Assembly: GCA_963833575.1 (NCBI GenBank)
Contig: CAWHXY010000005.1
Span: forward strand, 32,001 to 96,000
From: Candidatus Bathyarchaeota archaeon
GTDB taxonomy: Archaea > Thermoproteota > Bathyarchaeia > Bathyarchaeales > Bathycorpusculaceae
Direction of reading: 5' to 3'
Length of the DNA: 64,000 nt
Part shown: positions 50,039 to 58,191 of the stretch, piece after piece
Layout of the letters: each line of letters begins with the position of its first letter
How positions within the stretch are numbered: position 1 is the stretch's first letter
The notes under the pieces: generated by a model
Told to the model about the DNA's origin: nothing
Databases searched by the model: none
What the model saw: the letters and a program-made list of their open reading frames with translations, nothing else
Position numbers and translations under genes: made by a program

Positions 50039-50425
50039 ATGTTCAAGCTCAGTTATCTTTTGACTGTGAAACACACCAATATTAAGCAGATAGCAAGACA
50101 ACGCATTCAAATCTTGTTTGAGCAGGCAAAGAAGGTTCCCAAAACTGATAACCACTTAGCTTCACAATATATCAAATCTGCAAGGCGCATTGCTATGGCA
50201 GCAAAAATCCGACTGCCCCTTGAATTTCGACGGCAAACCTGCAACAACTGCAACTCGTTGCTTGTGCAAGGATCTAACTGCCGTGTTAGGATAAAGCAGA
50301 AAAGGGAGTCCCATGTTGTAATAACATGTTTAAACTGCGGCAACCAAACCCGCGTATTATTAAGTAAAAAAAGAAGAGGCAAACAACTTGAGCAAAATAA
50401 CCACCCGAATGAAACGTCATGTTAG
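50039..50425 (+). CDS. rnp4: Ribonuclease P protein component 4 (Rpp21)
   Basis: IARQRIQILF, ARRIAM..KIRLP, CNNC, RVR, CLNCG. Confidence 0.88.
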   Translation: MFKLSYLLTVKHTNIKQIARQRIQILFEQAKKVPKTDNHLASQYIKSARRIAMAAKIRLPLEFRRQTCNNCNSLLVQGSNCRVRIKQKRESHVVITCLNCGNQTRVLLSKKRRGKQLEQNNHPNETSC

Positions 50426-50696
50426 GCATGTTTTGAAAGATGAGAACCCAACAATTTGGGTTGGCAAAGAAGGCTTAACAGATCAATTGATAAGTGAAAT
50501 TGAGAAACAACTTCAGAAAAACAAAATGGTGAAAGTTAGAGTTTTACCAGCCGCGCTACAGGGGGACACTACGACCCAGACGATTGCAGTTAAGGCTGCA
50601 GAAAAAACAAATGCCGGTTTAGTGGAAGTTAGAGGTCACGTGTTTATTATTTTTAGAAAACGCAAAGCCGAAGAAAAAGAAGAACCAACATTGTAA
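50388..50696 (+). CDS. YhbY/CRM RNA-binding protein
   Basis: PTIWVGKEGLT, MVKVRVL, VEVRGHVFIIFR. Confidence 0.88.
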   Translation: MSKITTRMKRHVRHVLKDENPTIWVGKEGLTDQLISEIEKQLQKNKMVKVRVLPAALQGDTTTQTIAVKAAEKTNAGLVEVRGHVFIIFRKRKAEEKEEPTL

Positions 50697-50759
50697 AACT
50701 TCAAACACCCAATTATCGTTTTTAATAAAAAAAGGAAAATTAATGGAATTTACGCGTTT

Positions 50760-51317
50760 CTAAAACGGAGTTATTTTATATTTCATTTTGGCTCGGCTGA
50801 TGTATGCCACTAAGGCTGTTGCAGCAACTGCGAAGAAAACGAAAACTAATGCTGTGGGAAATTCTGGAACAGCTGATTGAACAACTACGTTGCCCCACAT
50901 TCCTAGTGCAACGTGTCCATCAACTTGGCAAATGTAATAGTAGTTTCCTGCATTACCAACTGTGAAAGTTACTGAGGCACTTGATCCAGCTGGGACTCCA
51001 TTGCTAGCTGAGTCAACTTGTGCACTCCACAAGACAGTGGCCGTGGAGGATTTAGCATTTACAATTGCGAAGTTATGAGACATTGTTCCTGCATTATGTA
51101 GCGTGACGGTAACTGAGTCTCCCGATGTAAGCGTCAATGTTGGTCCAGGATTTGAGGTTATGCTGCTGGCGCTGTTTCCAAACCCATAGTGGCTCGAATC
51201 TATTTCTCCTGCATACAATGTTACTTGAGTGGCTGCATGTACCTGACTGATTCCTATTGGAACGGCAAGTAATCCTATAGAGAGTAAAAGTGTTAAAACT
51301 AATATTGATTTTTTCAT
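50760..51317 (-). CDS. Secreted cupredoxin (type-1 copper) with PEF-CTERM sorting signal
   Basis: Signal peptide; HNF..., YYYICQVDGHVALGMWG (His/Cys/His/Met); C-terminal VPEF + TM + basic tail. Confidence 0.82.
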   Translation of the reverse strand: MKKSILVLTLLLSIGLLAVPIGISQVHAATQVTLYAGEIDSSHYGFGNSASSITSNPGPTLTLTSGDSVTVTLHNAGTMSHNFAIVNAKSSTATVLWSAQVDSASNGVPAGSSASVTFTVGNAGNYYYICQVDGHVALGMWGNVVVQSAVPEFPTALVFVFFAVAATALVAYISRAKMKYKITPF

Positions 51318-51580
51318 AGAAGATTCTCATGTTTTTTAGAGGATATTTACTTTAAAATATTTGTTGTAGCGTCTAGCCTACAACAACCGCTTGCACGGCA
51401 TTGATCCGTAGGCAGTGAATTTCTCTCTTTAAGAGAAGTAAGTTTAGTCGTGATTTGTTCGATACGCATTAATTAAACAGCCATTGGCAGCAATGTTGTT
51501 TCAGCGGATGTTCCTATCAGATAATATTTATATTAGGCTTCATTGTTTAACTGCAAGGAAAAACAAGGGAAAAGATATCT

Positions 51581-52045
51581 TTGACCACTCCTCATGACGT
51601 TCCAGCTTCAAAATTTATCGATCGTTTAGCTAAATATCTTAGGGAAAACGTTGATGAAGTTCAGCCTCTTCCATGGGCAACTTTCGCTAAAACGGGTAAC
51701 CACGTAGAAAAACAACCACAAAACCCTAATTGGTGGTACACTCGAAGCGCATCAATACTTCGTAAAGTTTACATTCATGGACCAATCGGTTTAGAGAAAC
51801 TGCGTGCAGACTACGGCGGAAGAAAAAATAATGGTGTGAAGAAGAATCATGCTGTCAAAGCAGGCGGCAATAACATCCGCAAGATTCTGCAGCAACTTGA
51901 GACTGCTGGTTTAATTCAAACTACAAAACCTAAAGGTAGAGTTATGTCTCCCAAAGGTCGCAAGCTTCTTCAAGAAGTTGCTGGAGACCTGAATAAAGAA
52001 ATAGTTAAAACTGTCCCTGAGCTCAAGAAATATCAAGGCGAATAG
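51581..52045 (+). CDS. rps19e: 30S ribosomal protein S19e
   Basis: DVPA..FI, WWYTRSASILRKVY..GPIG, YGG, IRKILQQLE, GRVMSPKG. Confidence 0.96.
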   Translation: MTTPHDVPASKFIDRLAKYLRENVDEVQPLPWATFAKTGNHVEKQPQNPNWWYTRSASILRKVYIHGPIGLEKLRADYGGRKNNGVKKNHAVKAGGNNIRKILQQLETAGLIQTTKPKGRVMSPKGRKLLQEVAGDLNKEIVKTVPELKKYQGE

Positions 52046-52050
52046 TGAAA

Positions 52051-52380
52051 ATGTCGGATGATCAGCTTGACCAGATCCGCAGGCGAAAACTTTCCTCAAT
52101 GCAGCAGAGAGTAAGTGATGAGCAAAGGCAAGCTCAAGCAGAACAGCAGGTTGAAGCTCAAAAAAATGCGTTGCTTGCTAAGATATTGGCGCCTGATGCT
52201 CGGGCAAGGTTGAATAATTTGAAGATGGTTAAACCTGAGTTCACTGAGCAGATAGAGATGCAGCTGATTGAAATGGCGCAAACAGGTAAATTGCCTATTC
52301 CACTTTCAGATGCTCAGCTTAAAGGAATATTAATGCAGCTTCAATCACGGAAGCGAGAACCAACTATTAGAAGGATATGA
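52051..52380 (+). CDS. PDCD5-like double-stranded DNA-binding protein
   Basis: [30 protein letters not shown]; conserved position after rps19e. Confidence 0.9.
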   Translation: MSDDQLDQIRRRKLSSMQQRVSDEQRQAQAEQQVEAQKNALLAKILAPDARARLNNLKMVKPEFTEQIEMQLIEMAQTGKLPIPLSDAQLKGILMQLQSRKREPTIRRI

Positions 52381-52384
52381 AAAT

Positions 52385-52543
52385 ATGGCAAGAGTTAAAC
52401 CTACAGCAAAAAAGCTTAGGCTAGCTAAGGCTGGCAAAGAGGCAACGTCTGTTCCAACATGGGTAATTGCTCGTACAGACGGTAAAGTTAGAAATAACCC
52501 TAAGCAAAGACGAAATTGGCGAACTAGAAAAATAAAGGCATAG
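52385..52543 (+). CDS. rpl39e: 50S ribosomal protein L39e (not in ORF track)
   Basis: Manual translation [52 protein letters not shown]. Confidence 0.93.
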   Translation: MARVKPTAKKLRLAKAGKEATSVPTWVIARTDGKVRNNPKQRRNWRTRKIKA

Positions 52544-52555
52544 GAGTAATTTTAC

Positions 52556-53044
52556 ATGGTTAAAGAAGTCAAAGAAGAGCAGATTAATGCTGAAGACGAA
52601 GAAGAATTACCAGCTTTAACTGAAGAAGAAATGGCTGAGGAAAAAGAGCCTACGGTGGAAGAGGCACTTCCAGCTGAAGTTGAAGAAAAGCCGGTCGAAG
52701 AAGAGGCAAAGGAAGCTGGGCGCAAAAAGAAGAAAGCAGAAGAAGAGATTGTTGAAGAACGAACCTACACTGTTCCCCTCTCAAGAGCGCTGATTAGACC
52801 GCCAAAAAAACGTGCTCCACGCGCCGTACAACTGCTCAAGATCTTCATAACCAAACACATGAAACTTGAAATGAAGGTTTCCGAAGAAGAGGAAGAAGAA
52901 GAGTTACCTCAACTTATCATAAGCCAAGAAGTAAACCAGAAAATCTGGGACCGAGGCATCGAGAAACCTCCACGAAAGATTCGGGTTCGAGCAGCAAAAG
53001 ATAAAGATGGCAACGTTACCGTCTACTTAGCTGAAGCCCAATAA
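52556..53044 (+). CDS. rpl31e: 50S ribosomal protein L31e with acidic N-terminal extension
   Basis: ERTYTVPL, KRAPRAV, HMK, VNQKIWDRGIEKPPRKIRVRA. Confidence 0.93.
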   Translation: MVKEVKEEQINAEDEEELPALTEEEMAEEKEPTVEEALPAEVEEKPVEEEAKEAGRKKKKAEEEIVEERTYTVPLSRALIRPPKKRAPRAVQLLKIFITKHMKLEMKVSEEEEEEELPQLIISQEVNQKIWDRGIEKPPRKIRVRAAKDKDGNVTVYLAEAQ

Positions 53045-53121
53045 CTATTTTTCTTTAGTTTCATTTATCTTTGTTTTGCGTCGCTACTGGAATAAGCCAA
53101 GTTTATTCTCTGGTTTATTGT

Positions 53122-53250
53122 TGAAAATTTTTTCTTTGTTTTTAAGGTTGCTTTTTTGATTTAGGGTTTGTAGCGTTTGCAGGTCATGTGCTGGAATGTG
53201 CCAGAATGTGCTAGGATGTGCTGGGGTGTGGTGTTCTGTGCTGTTAGTGT
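53122..53250 (-). repeat. Dispersed intergenic element, copy 8 (TTCCAGCACA-type array + core, minus strand)
   Basis: Minus strand: ccccagcaca/tcctagcaca/ttctggcaca/ttccagcaca then tgacctgcaaacgctacaaaccctaaatcaaaaaagcaacc...aaaaaatt. Confidence 0.85.
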
Positions 53251-53327
53251 TTTTGGCACAAGATCTATCATCAGTTTCCACTTCTTAAAAGCGCAAAGTT
53301 CAGTTTGCTGTTTTGTTGGCAGTTGAT

Positions 53328-53440
53328 GCAATTTTTTCGAGATTGCTTGAGTTGATTTTTTAGTTTAGGGCTTGTTTTGTTTGCAGGTTACGTATCCAAT
53401 TGTTCCAAATTGTCCCGAAAAGTTTTGGAAAGTCCCAGAA
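53328..53440 (-). repeat. Dispersed intergenic element, copy 9 (TTNGGGACAA-type array + core, minus strand)
   Basis: Minus strand: ttctgggact/ttccaaaact/tttcgggaca/atttggaaca/attggatacg then taacctgcaaacaaaacaagccctaaactaaaaaatcaac...aaaaaattgc. Confidence 0.82.
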
Positions 53441-53478
53441 AGGTGATTAGGCGAACGGCGTCCATAAATGGTTTAAAA

Positions 53479-53612
53479 GGGGCAGAAGAAAGAGTTAGGC
53501 GGATTTAGCCACGCTCTAACATCGATAAGGCGCAAAAACCGTCGGGAACGCCTTATTCCGATTTAGCCGCCAGACCCGCCCAACATCGTTGGCTCCTAGT
53601 GCTTCTCCGTTC
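53479..53612 (-). ncRNA. Candidate structured non-coding RNA (long GC-rich imperfect hairpin)
   Basis: Minus-strand nested pairings GTTGGGCGG/CCGCCTAAC, CTAAATCG/CGATGTTAG and ATAAGGCG/CGCCTTAT; GC-rich in AT-rich context; no long ORF. Confidence 0.4.
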
Positions 53613-53920
53613 TTGTTACCATCATAATAATTCAAAAGAATATAACATATTGTTGTCACAAAATGAAACAACAAGTGCTAACTCGAAATCATTATTTTAT
53701 TCTCAGAATGTAACTTAATGTTTTGTTTCTATACTTTATTTGTTAAATCTTTAATTCTTTGCTCTTAGAACCTGAGAAATATTGCCATTCTGTAGTTTTC
53801 GAACAGAAAAACAAAAAATGCGGACAAAAGCAGTTTTTAACGGCTAAACAGACCACAATCTAAAAAAAGGAGTATGTGTGAGACTTCGCCAATAACGTTT
53901 GTCATCAGGAGACATCATTC

Positions 53921-54604
53921 TTGACTGTTTATTTATCCAGCATAGTTGGAAGCGCAAGCATAGGCGTATACGCTTTGGCAACTGAAAATATAGTTATGAT
54001 TCCAAGAATGGTTCCTAAAGAGAAAGCACAGGAATATGCTGATTGGTTAAAAGTCAAATTAATCTACACATCTATCGGCGGCTCAGTTCTCGACGGTGCC
54101 TTAACTTGTGCAAACTCTAGCGGAATGTTGCTTCCAAACTATATCCGAGAAGAAGAATTAACCCAAATCAAATCGGCTTTTGAAGGCAATATCACAATTA
54201 TGGAAACAAAAAAGACAGCTTACGGCAACCTAGTCTTAGTCAGCGATAAAGGAGCAGTAGTTGATCCTCGCTTCAAAGGAAATGAGATAAAACGTATCTC
54301 CGACGCCTTAGGCGTAGAAGTGGTGCCAACAGAAATTGCAGGATTACCCTACGTCGGGTCCTTAGCAACTGCAACAAACAAAGGCGTTTTGGCTCATCCA
54401 TTGCTGAAAGATGAAGAGCGAAAAATCTTGGAAAGCGTTTTCAAAGTTCCAGTTGATGTGGGCACAATTAATTGCGGGGTTCCTTATGTCGGTACTGGAT
54501 TACTTGCTAATTCACATGCGGCTGTAGCTGGTTCTATGACAACTGGACCCGAGATGTTTATTATTGGGAATGCGCTGGATGTGGTGCAGGAAGATGAAAA
54601 ATGA
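53921..54604 (+). CDS. eif6: Translation initiation factor 6 (aIF6)
   Basis: IGVY, SIGGS.L.G, ANSSG, GNLVL.SDKGA, GTINCGVPYVG.GL.AN, TTGPE. Confidence 0.93.
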   Translation: MTVYLSSIVGSASIGVYALATENIVMIPRMVPKEKAQEYADWLKVKLIYTSIGGSVLDGALTCANSSGMLLPNYIREEELTQIKSAFEGNITIMETKKTAYGNLVLVSDKGAVVDPRFKGNEIKRISDALGVEVVPTEIAGLPYVGSLATATNKGVLAHPLLKDEERKILESVFKVPVDVGTINCGVPYVGTGLLANSHAAVAGSMTTGPEMFIIGNALDVVQEDEK

Positions 54605-54828
54605 AGGCTTTCAAAGTAACCGGCGAGATCAATAAACCAAGGCTGAATACTTCTTTTGTAAGAGAATTATTAGCTGACAAAAGTGAGCATGCAGTTGAAA
54701 AGGTTTATGCTGAAATAGGTAGCAGGCACCGTGTAAAAAGATGCCACATAAGAATATCGTCTGTTAAAGAGATCTCTGCTGAAGAAATCGAAAATCCAAT
54801 CTTAAAGAAAATTGTAGCAGGAGATTAA
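54601..54828 (+). CDS. rpl18a: 50S ribosomal protein LX (L18a/L20e)
   Basis: AVEKVYAEIGSRHRVKR..I.I; conserved position between aIF6 and prefoldin. Confidence 0.9.
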   Translation: MKAFKVTGEINKPRLNTSFVRELLADKSEHAVEKVYAEIGSRHRVKRCHIRISSVKEISAEEIENPILKKIVAGD

Positions 54829-54831
54829 AAT

Positions 54832-55272
54832 TTGGCCCAAAGAGCTCAATCCGAAGAAGAACTTCGCAGACTCAGCATGGAAATGCGGTATCTAGAGCAA
54901 ACTGCCGATGCCTTGCAACAACGCATAAGCATGGTAAACGCTGCAATTACTGACATAAGCTATGCCAACATGACATTGGATGGAATTGAGAAAGAAAAGG
55001 AAAACTCTGAACTCTTAGTTCCAATCGGCGGAAGCTCTTACCTCAAAGTTAAACTTGCTGACCCAAACAAAGTTATTATTGGAATGGGCGCTGGCGTATC
55101 AATCGAAAAAACTCTGGCAGAAGCAAAATTAGCTCTGAAAGAACGGTTAGATGAACTGGAAAAAACCATGAACTCCGCTCAGCAACAATTTACTCAAGTC
55201 GCTGAAAGAATAAACTCGGGCAGAAACCGACTTGAAACCATGCTTGCCAGTGCAAGAGAAGGGAAACCTTGA
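54832..55272 (+). CDS. pfdA: Prefoldin subunit alpha
   Basis: Coiled coils flanking ELLVPIGGSSY...KVIIGMGAGVSIEK. Confidence 0.92.
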   Translation: MAQRAQSEEELRRLSMEMRYLEQTADALQQRISMVNAAITDISYANMTLDGIEKEKENSELLVPIGGSSYLKVKLADPNKVIIGMGAGVSIEKTLAEAKLALKERLDELEKTMNSAQQQFTQVAERINSGRNRLETMLASAREGKP

Positions 55273-55276
55273 AGCG

Positions 55277-56182
55277 ATGTTTGAGAAGCTCAAGTCAGGT
55301 TTCAAAGGCTTAGTAAACAAGGTAACAACAACAGAACTTAAATCTGAAAATTTAAAGCCTATTTTATCAGAATTTAAAATGAGCTTATGTGAAAACGATG
55401 TTGCTTTTCCAGTAGCAGAAAAAATCAGTGATGACCTTGAAAAGCGACTTGTCGGCGTTCAAGTAAAACGCTTAGATGATAGAAAAAAAATCGTCGACGA
55501 AAACCTTAGACAAGTTCTCTTGGATGTTATGCTTACCGGCATAAGAATTGATTTACTCAAAATGGCTGAGGAAAAACGCAAGAAGAAAGAACCCTTTGTT
55601 TTAATGTTTGTCGGTATTAACGGCACAGGAAAAACCACCACAATCGCAAAGGTCGCGCACTTCTTGCGAGATAAAAGCTACAGTGTGATCCTTGCTGGCG
55701 CTGACACTTATCGAGCTGGCTCAATCGAACAGTTAGAAGAACACGGAAAACGTCTAGGCATCCGCGTCATCAAAAGCAATTACGGTGGCGATCCTGCAGC
55801 AGTAGCCTATGACGCAGTAAGTCATGCTAAAGCTCATGGAATTAACATAGTTTTGATCGATACTGCAGGAAGAATGCAAACTAACCAGAACTTAATGAAT
55901 GAACTTGTTAAAGTGAAGCGTGTTGTGGGTCCAGACTTAACAGTATTTACTGTTGACTCTCTAATTGGCAATGATGCAGTTCAACAAGCGGAAGAATTCA
56001 ATAAGGCAGTCGGAATAGATGCAACAATCTTAACCAAAGTGGACGCTGACGTAAAGGGTGGTTCCGCTTTAAGCGTGACATACGTTACGCAGAAACCGAT
56101 TCTCTTCATAGGGGTAGGACAAACATACAAAGACTTGGAACTGTTTAACCCTGAAAAATTCGTCAACATGATACTACGCTAA
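55277..56182 (+). CDS. ftsY: Signal recognition particle receptor FtsY
   Basis: MFEKLK start; GINGTGKTTTIAK, DTYRAG, DTAGR, TKVD, GVGQ. Confidence 0.95.
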   Translation: MFEKLKSGFKGLVNKVTTTELKSENLKPILSEFKMSLCENDVAFPVAEKISDDLEKRLVGVQVKRLDDRKKIVDENLRQVLLDVMLTGIRIDLLKMAEEKRKKKEPFVLMFVGINGTGKTTTIAKVAHFLRDKSYSVILAGADTYRAGSIEQLEEHGKRLGIRVIKSNYGGDPAAVAYDAVSHAKAHGINIVLIDTAGRMQTNQNLMNELVKVKRVVGPDLTVFTVDSLIGNDAVQQAEEFNKAVGIDATILTKVDADVKGGSALSVTYVTQKPILFIGVGQTYKDLELFNPEKFVNMILR

Positions 56183-56214
56183 CTGATTCCATCATTTCCA
56201 CTTTAGAGGTTGAG

Positions 56215-56727
56215 ATGTTGATAATTAGACAGGAACAACCATCCGACTTTCGGAGCGTTTATGAGTTAGTTAAAATTGCTTTTCAAACCGCCAAAGTTTC
56301 TGATGGAAACGAACAAAATTTTGTTAATAAACTCCGTGCCAGCCTAAACTACATTCCTGAACTTGAATTAGTAGCAGAAGAGGACTCAAAACTTGTAGGA
56401 CATATTATGTTGACTAAAACCTATGTTACGATGGGTAACTCAAAATTTGATGCCCTTTTGTTAGCACCTCTTTCCGTGGCGTTAGAGTATCGTAGACGTG
56501 GAATTGGCTCAAAACTGGTTAGCGAAAGTTTTAGATTAGCCAAAAACTTGGGGCACGGCATTGTTTTTGTAGTCGGTAACCCTGCATTTTACAGTAGGTG
56601 CGGTTTTACATCATCTGCACTTTTTGGCATTAAGCATGTTCCAGCGATTCCTGACCAATTTGTTATGGTTCATGAATTATTCGCCGGTGCATTAAGTGGA
56701 ATTACTGGAATTGTAACTCTTACATAA
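56215..56727 (+). CDS. GNAT N-acetyltransferase (YhbS-like)
   Basis: IRQE..D, LVGHI, LAPLSV..EYRRRGIGSKL, VVGNPAFYSRCGF. Confidence 0.85.
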   Translation: MLIIRQEQPSDFRSVYELVKIAFQTAKVSDGNEQNFVNKLRASLNYIPELELVAEEDSKLVGHIMLTKTYVTMGNSKFDALLLAPLSVALEYRRRGIGSKLVSESFRLAKNLGHGIVFVVGNPAFYSRCGFTSSALFGIKHVPAIPDQFVMVHELFAGALSGITGIVTLT

Positions 56728-56748
56728 CAAACCAATCGCCAAGTTACG

Positions 56749-57108
56749 CTAAGGCTCTTCCATTTCTGTTAGTTCAAAACGGATTTTGCTTGGGTAAATC
56801 CAGTATGCTTTGATGAAGTCCTCAATACTTTGATCAATATCTAAGACTTCAAAGAAATCAGTAAAATCTTTGTCGACAGACCCCACGTTTTTTGTTGTGT
56901 ACACTTTCAAGTTAGCCAAGTATTCTTTGTCAACATTTAGTTCCTGAATCGAAATCGTGTCAGGCACCTCTACGGCAAAAACTAAATTTGTTGAAACATC
57001 CAAAACAGCAACCTTACGCACGTTGTTATTTTTAGTTTTAACAACAACTAATCGTTTGTCAAAAACCCTGAAATTCCAATCGCCTTCTAAATTTGATGAA
57101 GCCGACAT
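56749..57108 (-). CDS. Hypothetical protein
   Basis: 119-aa ORF with GGTGAG RBS-like sequence upstream. Confidence 0.6.
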   Translation of the reverse strand: MSASSNLEGDWNFRVFDKRLVVVKTKNNNVRKVAVLDVSTNLVFAVEVPDTISIQELNVDKEYLANLKVYTTKNVGSVDKDFTDFFEVLDIDQSIEDFIKAYWIYPSKIRFELTEMEEP

Positions 57109-57402
57109 AAAAATCTCACCATTGGACTAAACGCTTCTTAGCTTTAAAAACTTAAAGAATGGCTTTGAGCCGTTTCAATAGTCTCTATAGATTATTTGCG
57201 AAGCTCTTAAGAACAATTGAATAATCTATATATTTCGCCGAGAAACGCAAAGCCAATAGTGAAATAAAAGCTTCGGCGAACCCACGTTTAATAGGCTAAT
57301 ATCTCCAAGATTTGATTCCCCAGATCTCTGTCCATCGCTTGTTAAATGTAGGTTCGCTGGGCAATTCGAATTAAGTTCTAAAAAAGAAAATAAAAAATTG
57401 TA

Positions 57403-57612
57403 TTATTTGCTTTTTTTCCATTTTGAGGCGTCACGCAGGTTTTGAACTGGTGAATCGTCCAAATTACCAACTGGCGTCTGGGTTTTTTGCTTATAATTTT
57501 GCTCTTCTACTTTTGCTTTGCATTCTTTGGAACTGAATTCTACGCTGCCTTCAAGTTTACGTATTGTTCTGCCAATTCTGCGTTGACCCTTTGTGACTGT
57601 ACATCTACCCAT
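57403..57612 (-). CDS. Small basic hypothetical protein
   Basis: 69-aa ATG-started ORF, divergent from the next gene. Confidence 0.45.
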   Translation of the reverse strand: MGRCTVTKGQRRIGRTIRKLEGSVEFSSKECKAKVEEQNYKQKTQTPVGNLDDSPVQNLRDASKWKKSK

Positions 57613-57682
57613 TTTTACTCAATATTGATTAAGCGTTAAAGTTAAAAAACCCTTCCAACAATTGTTAAATAGTGATATTTTT

Positions 57683-58093
57683 ATGAAAACACAAGTCAAA
57701 GCCATAAAACAAAAAGTAGTAATTCCAGCCTCTCCCCAAGAAGTCTATGAGGCCTACGTCGACCCGAAAACACACAGTGCATTCACAGGAAGCAAAGCAA
57801 CGGGAAAAGCAGTGGTCGGTGGCAAATTTACAGCCTGGGATGGTTACATTTTCGGAAAATACCTTGAACTTGATGATGGAAAACGTGTGGTTCAAGAGTG
57901 GACTTCAACCGATTTTCCAAAGGGTTATGGTCCTTCAAAGTTAGAGTTGTGTTTCAACAAAGTTGCAGGTGGAACAGAAATTATCATGGTACACTCGAAC
58001 GTTCCAGAAGAGCAAGCAGACGACACAGCTGACGGCTGGACAGAATGGTATTGGGATCCGCTTAAAAAATACTTTAGCGAACAAAAAGCTTGA
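57683..58093 (+). CDS. SRPBCC/AHSA1 domain protein
   Basis: ASPQEVYEA..D, GGKFTAWDG, VQEW, GTEI.MVH, GW..WYW.PL. Confidence 0.85.
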   Translation: MKTQVKAIKQKVVIPASPQEVYEAYVDPKTHSAFTGSKATGKAVVGGKFTAWDGYIFGKYLELDDGKRVVQEWTSTDFPKGYGPSKLELCFNKVAGGTEIIMVHSNVPEEQADDTADGWTEWYWDPLKKYFSEQKA

Positions 58094-58191
58094 ATCTCAA
58101 GAACTTAAAATTAAGAATCCCCGCTTTTCCTATCATCTTTTTTTATTATCAAAATTAAGAACTGACTTATTATTAAGAAATTGTTACAATT

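Noticed and set aside
53084-53281. 65-aa minus-strand ORF
   Set aside because: It is the translation of repeat-element copy 8; the 10-bp period argues against coding.
53479-53612. SRP (7S) RNA, given proximity to ftsY
   Set aside because: Too short and lacks the helix-8 GGAA tetraloop/AGCA motif; kept only as an unknown ncRNA candidate.
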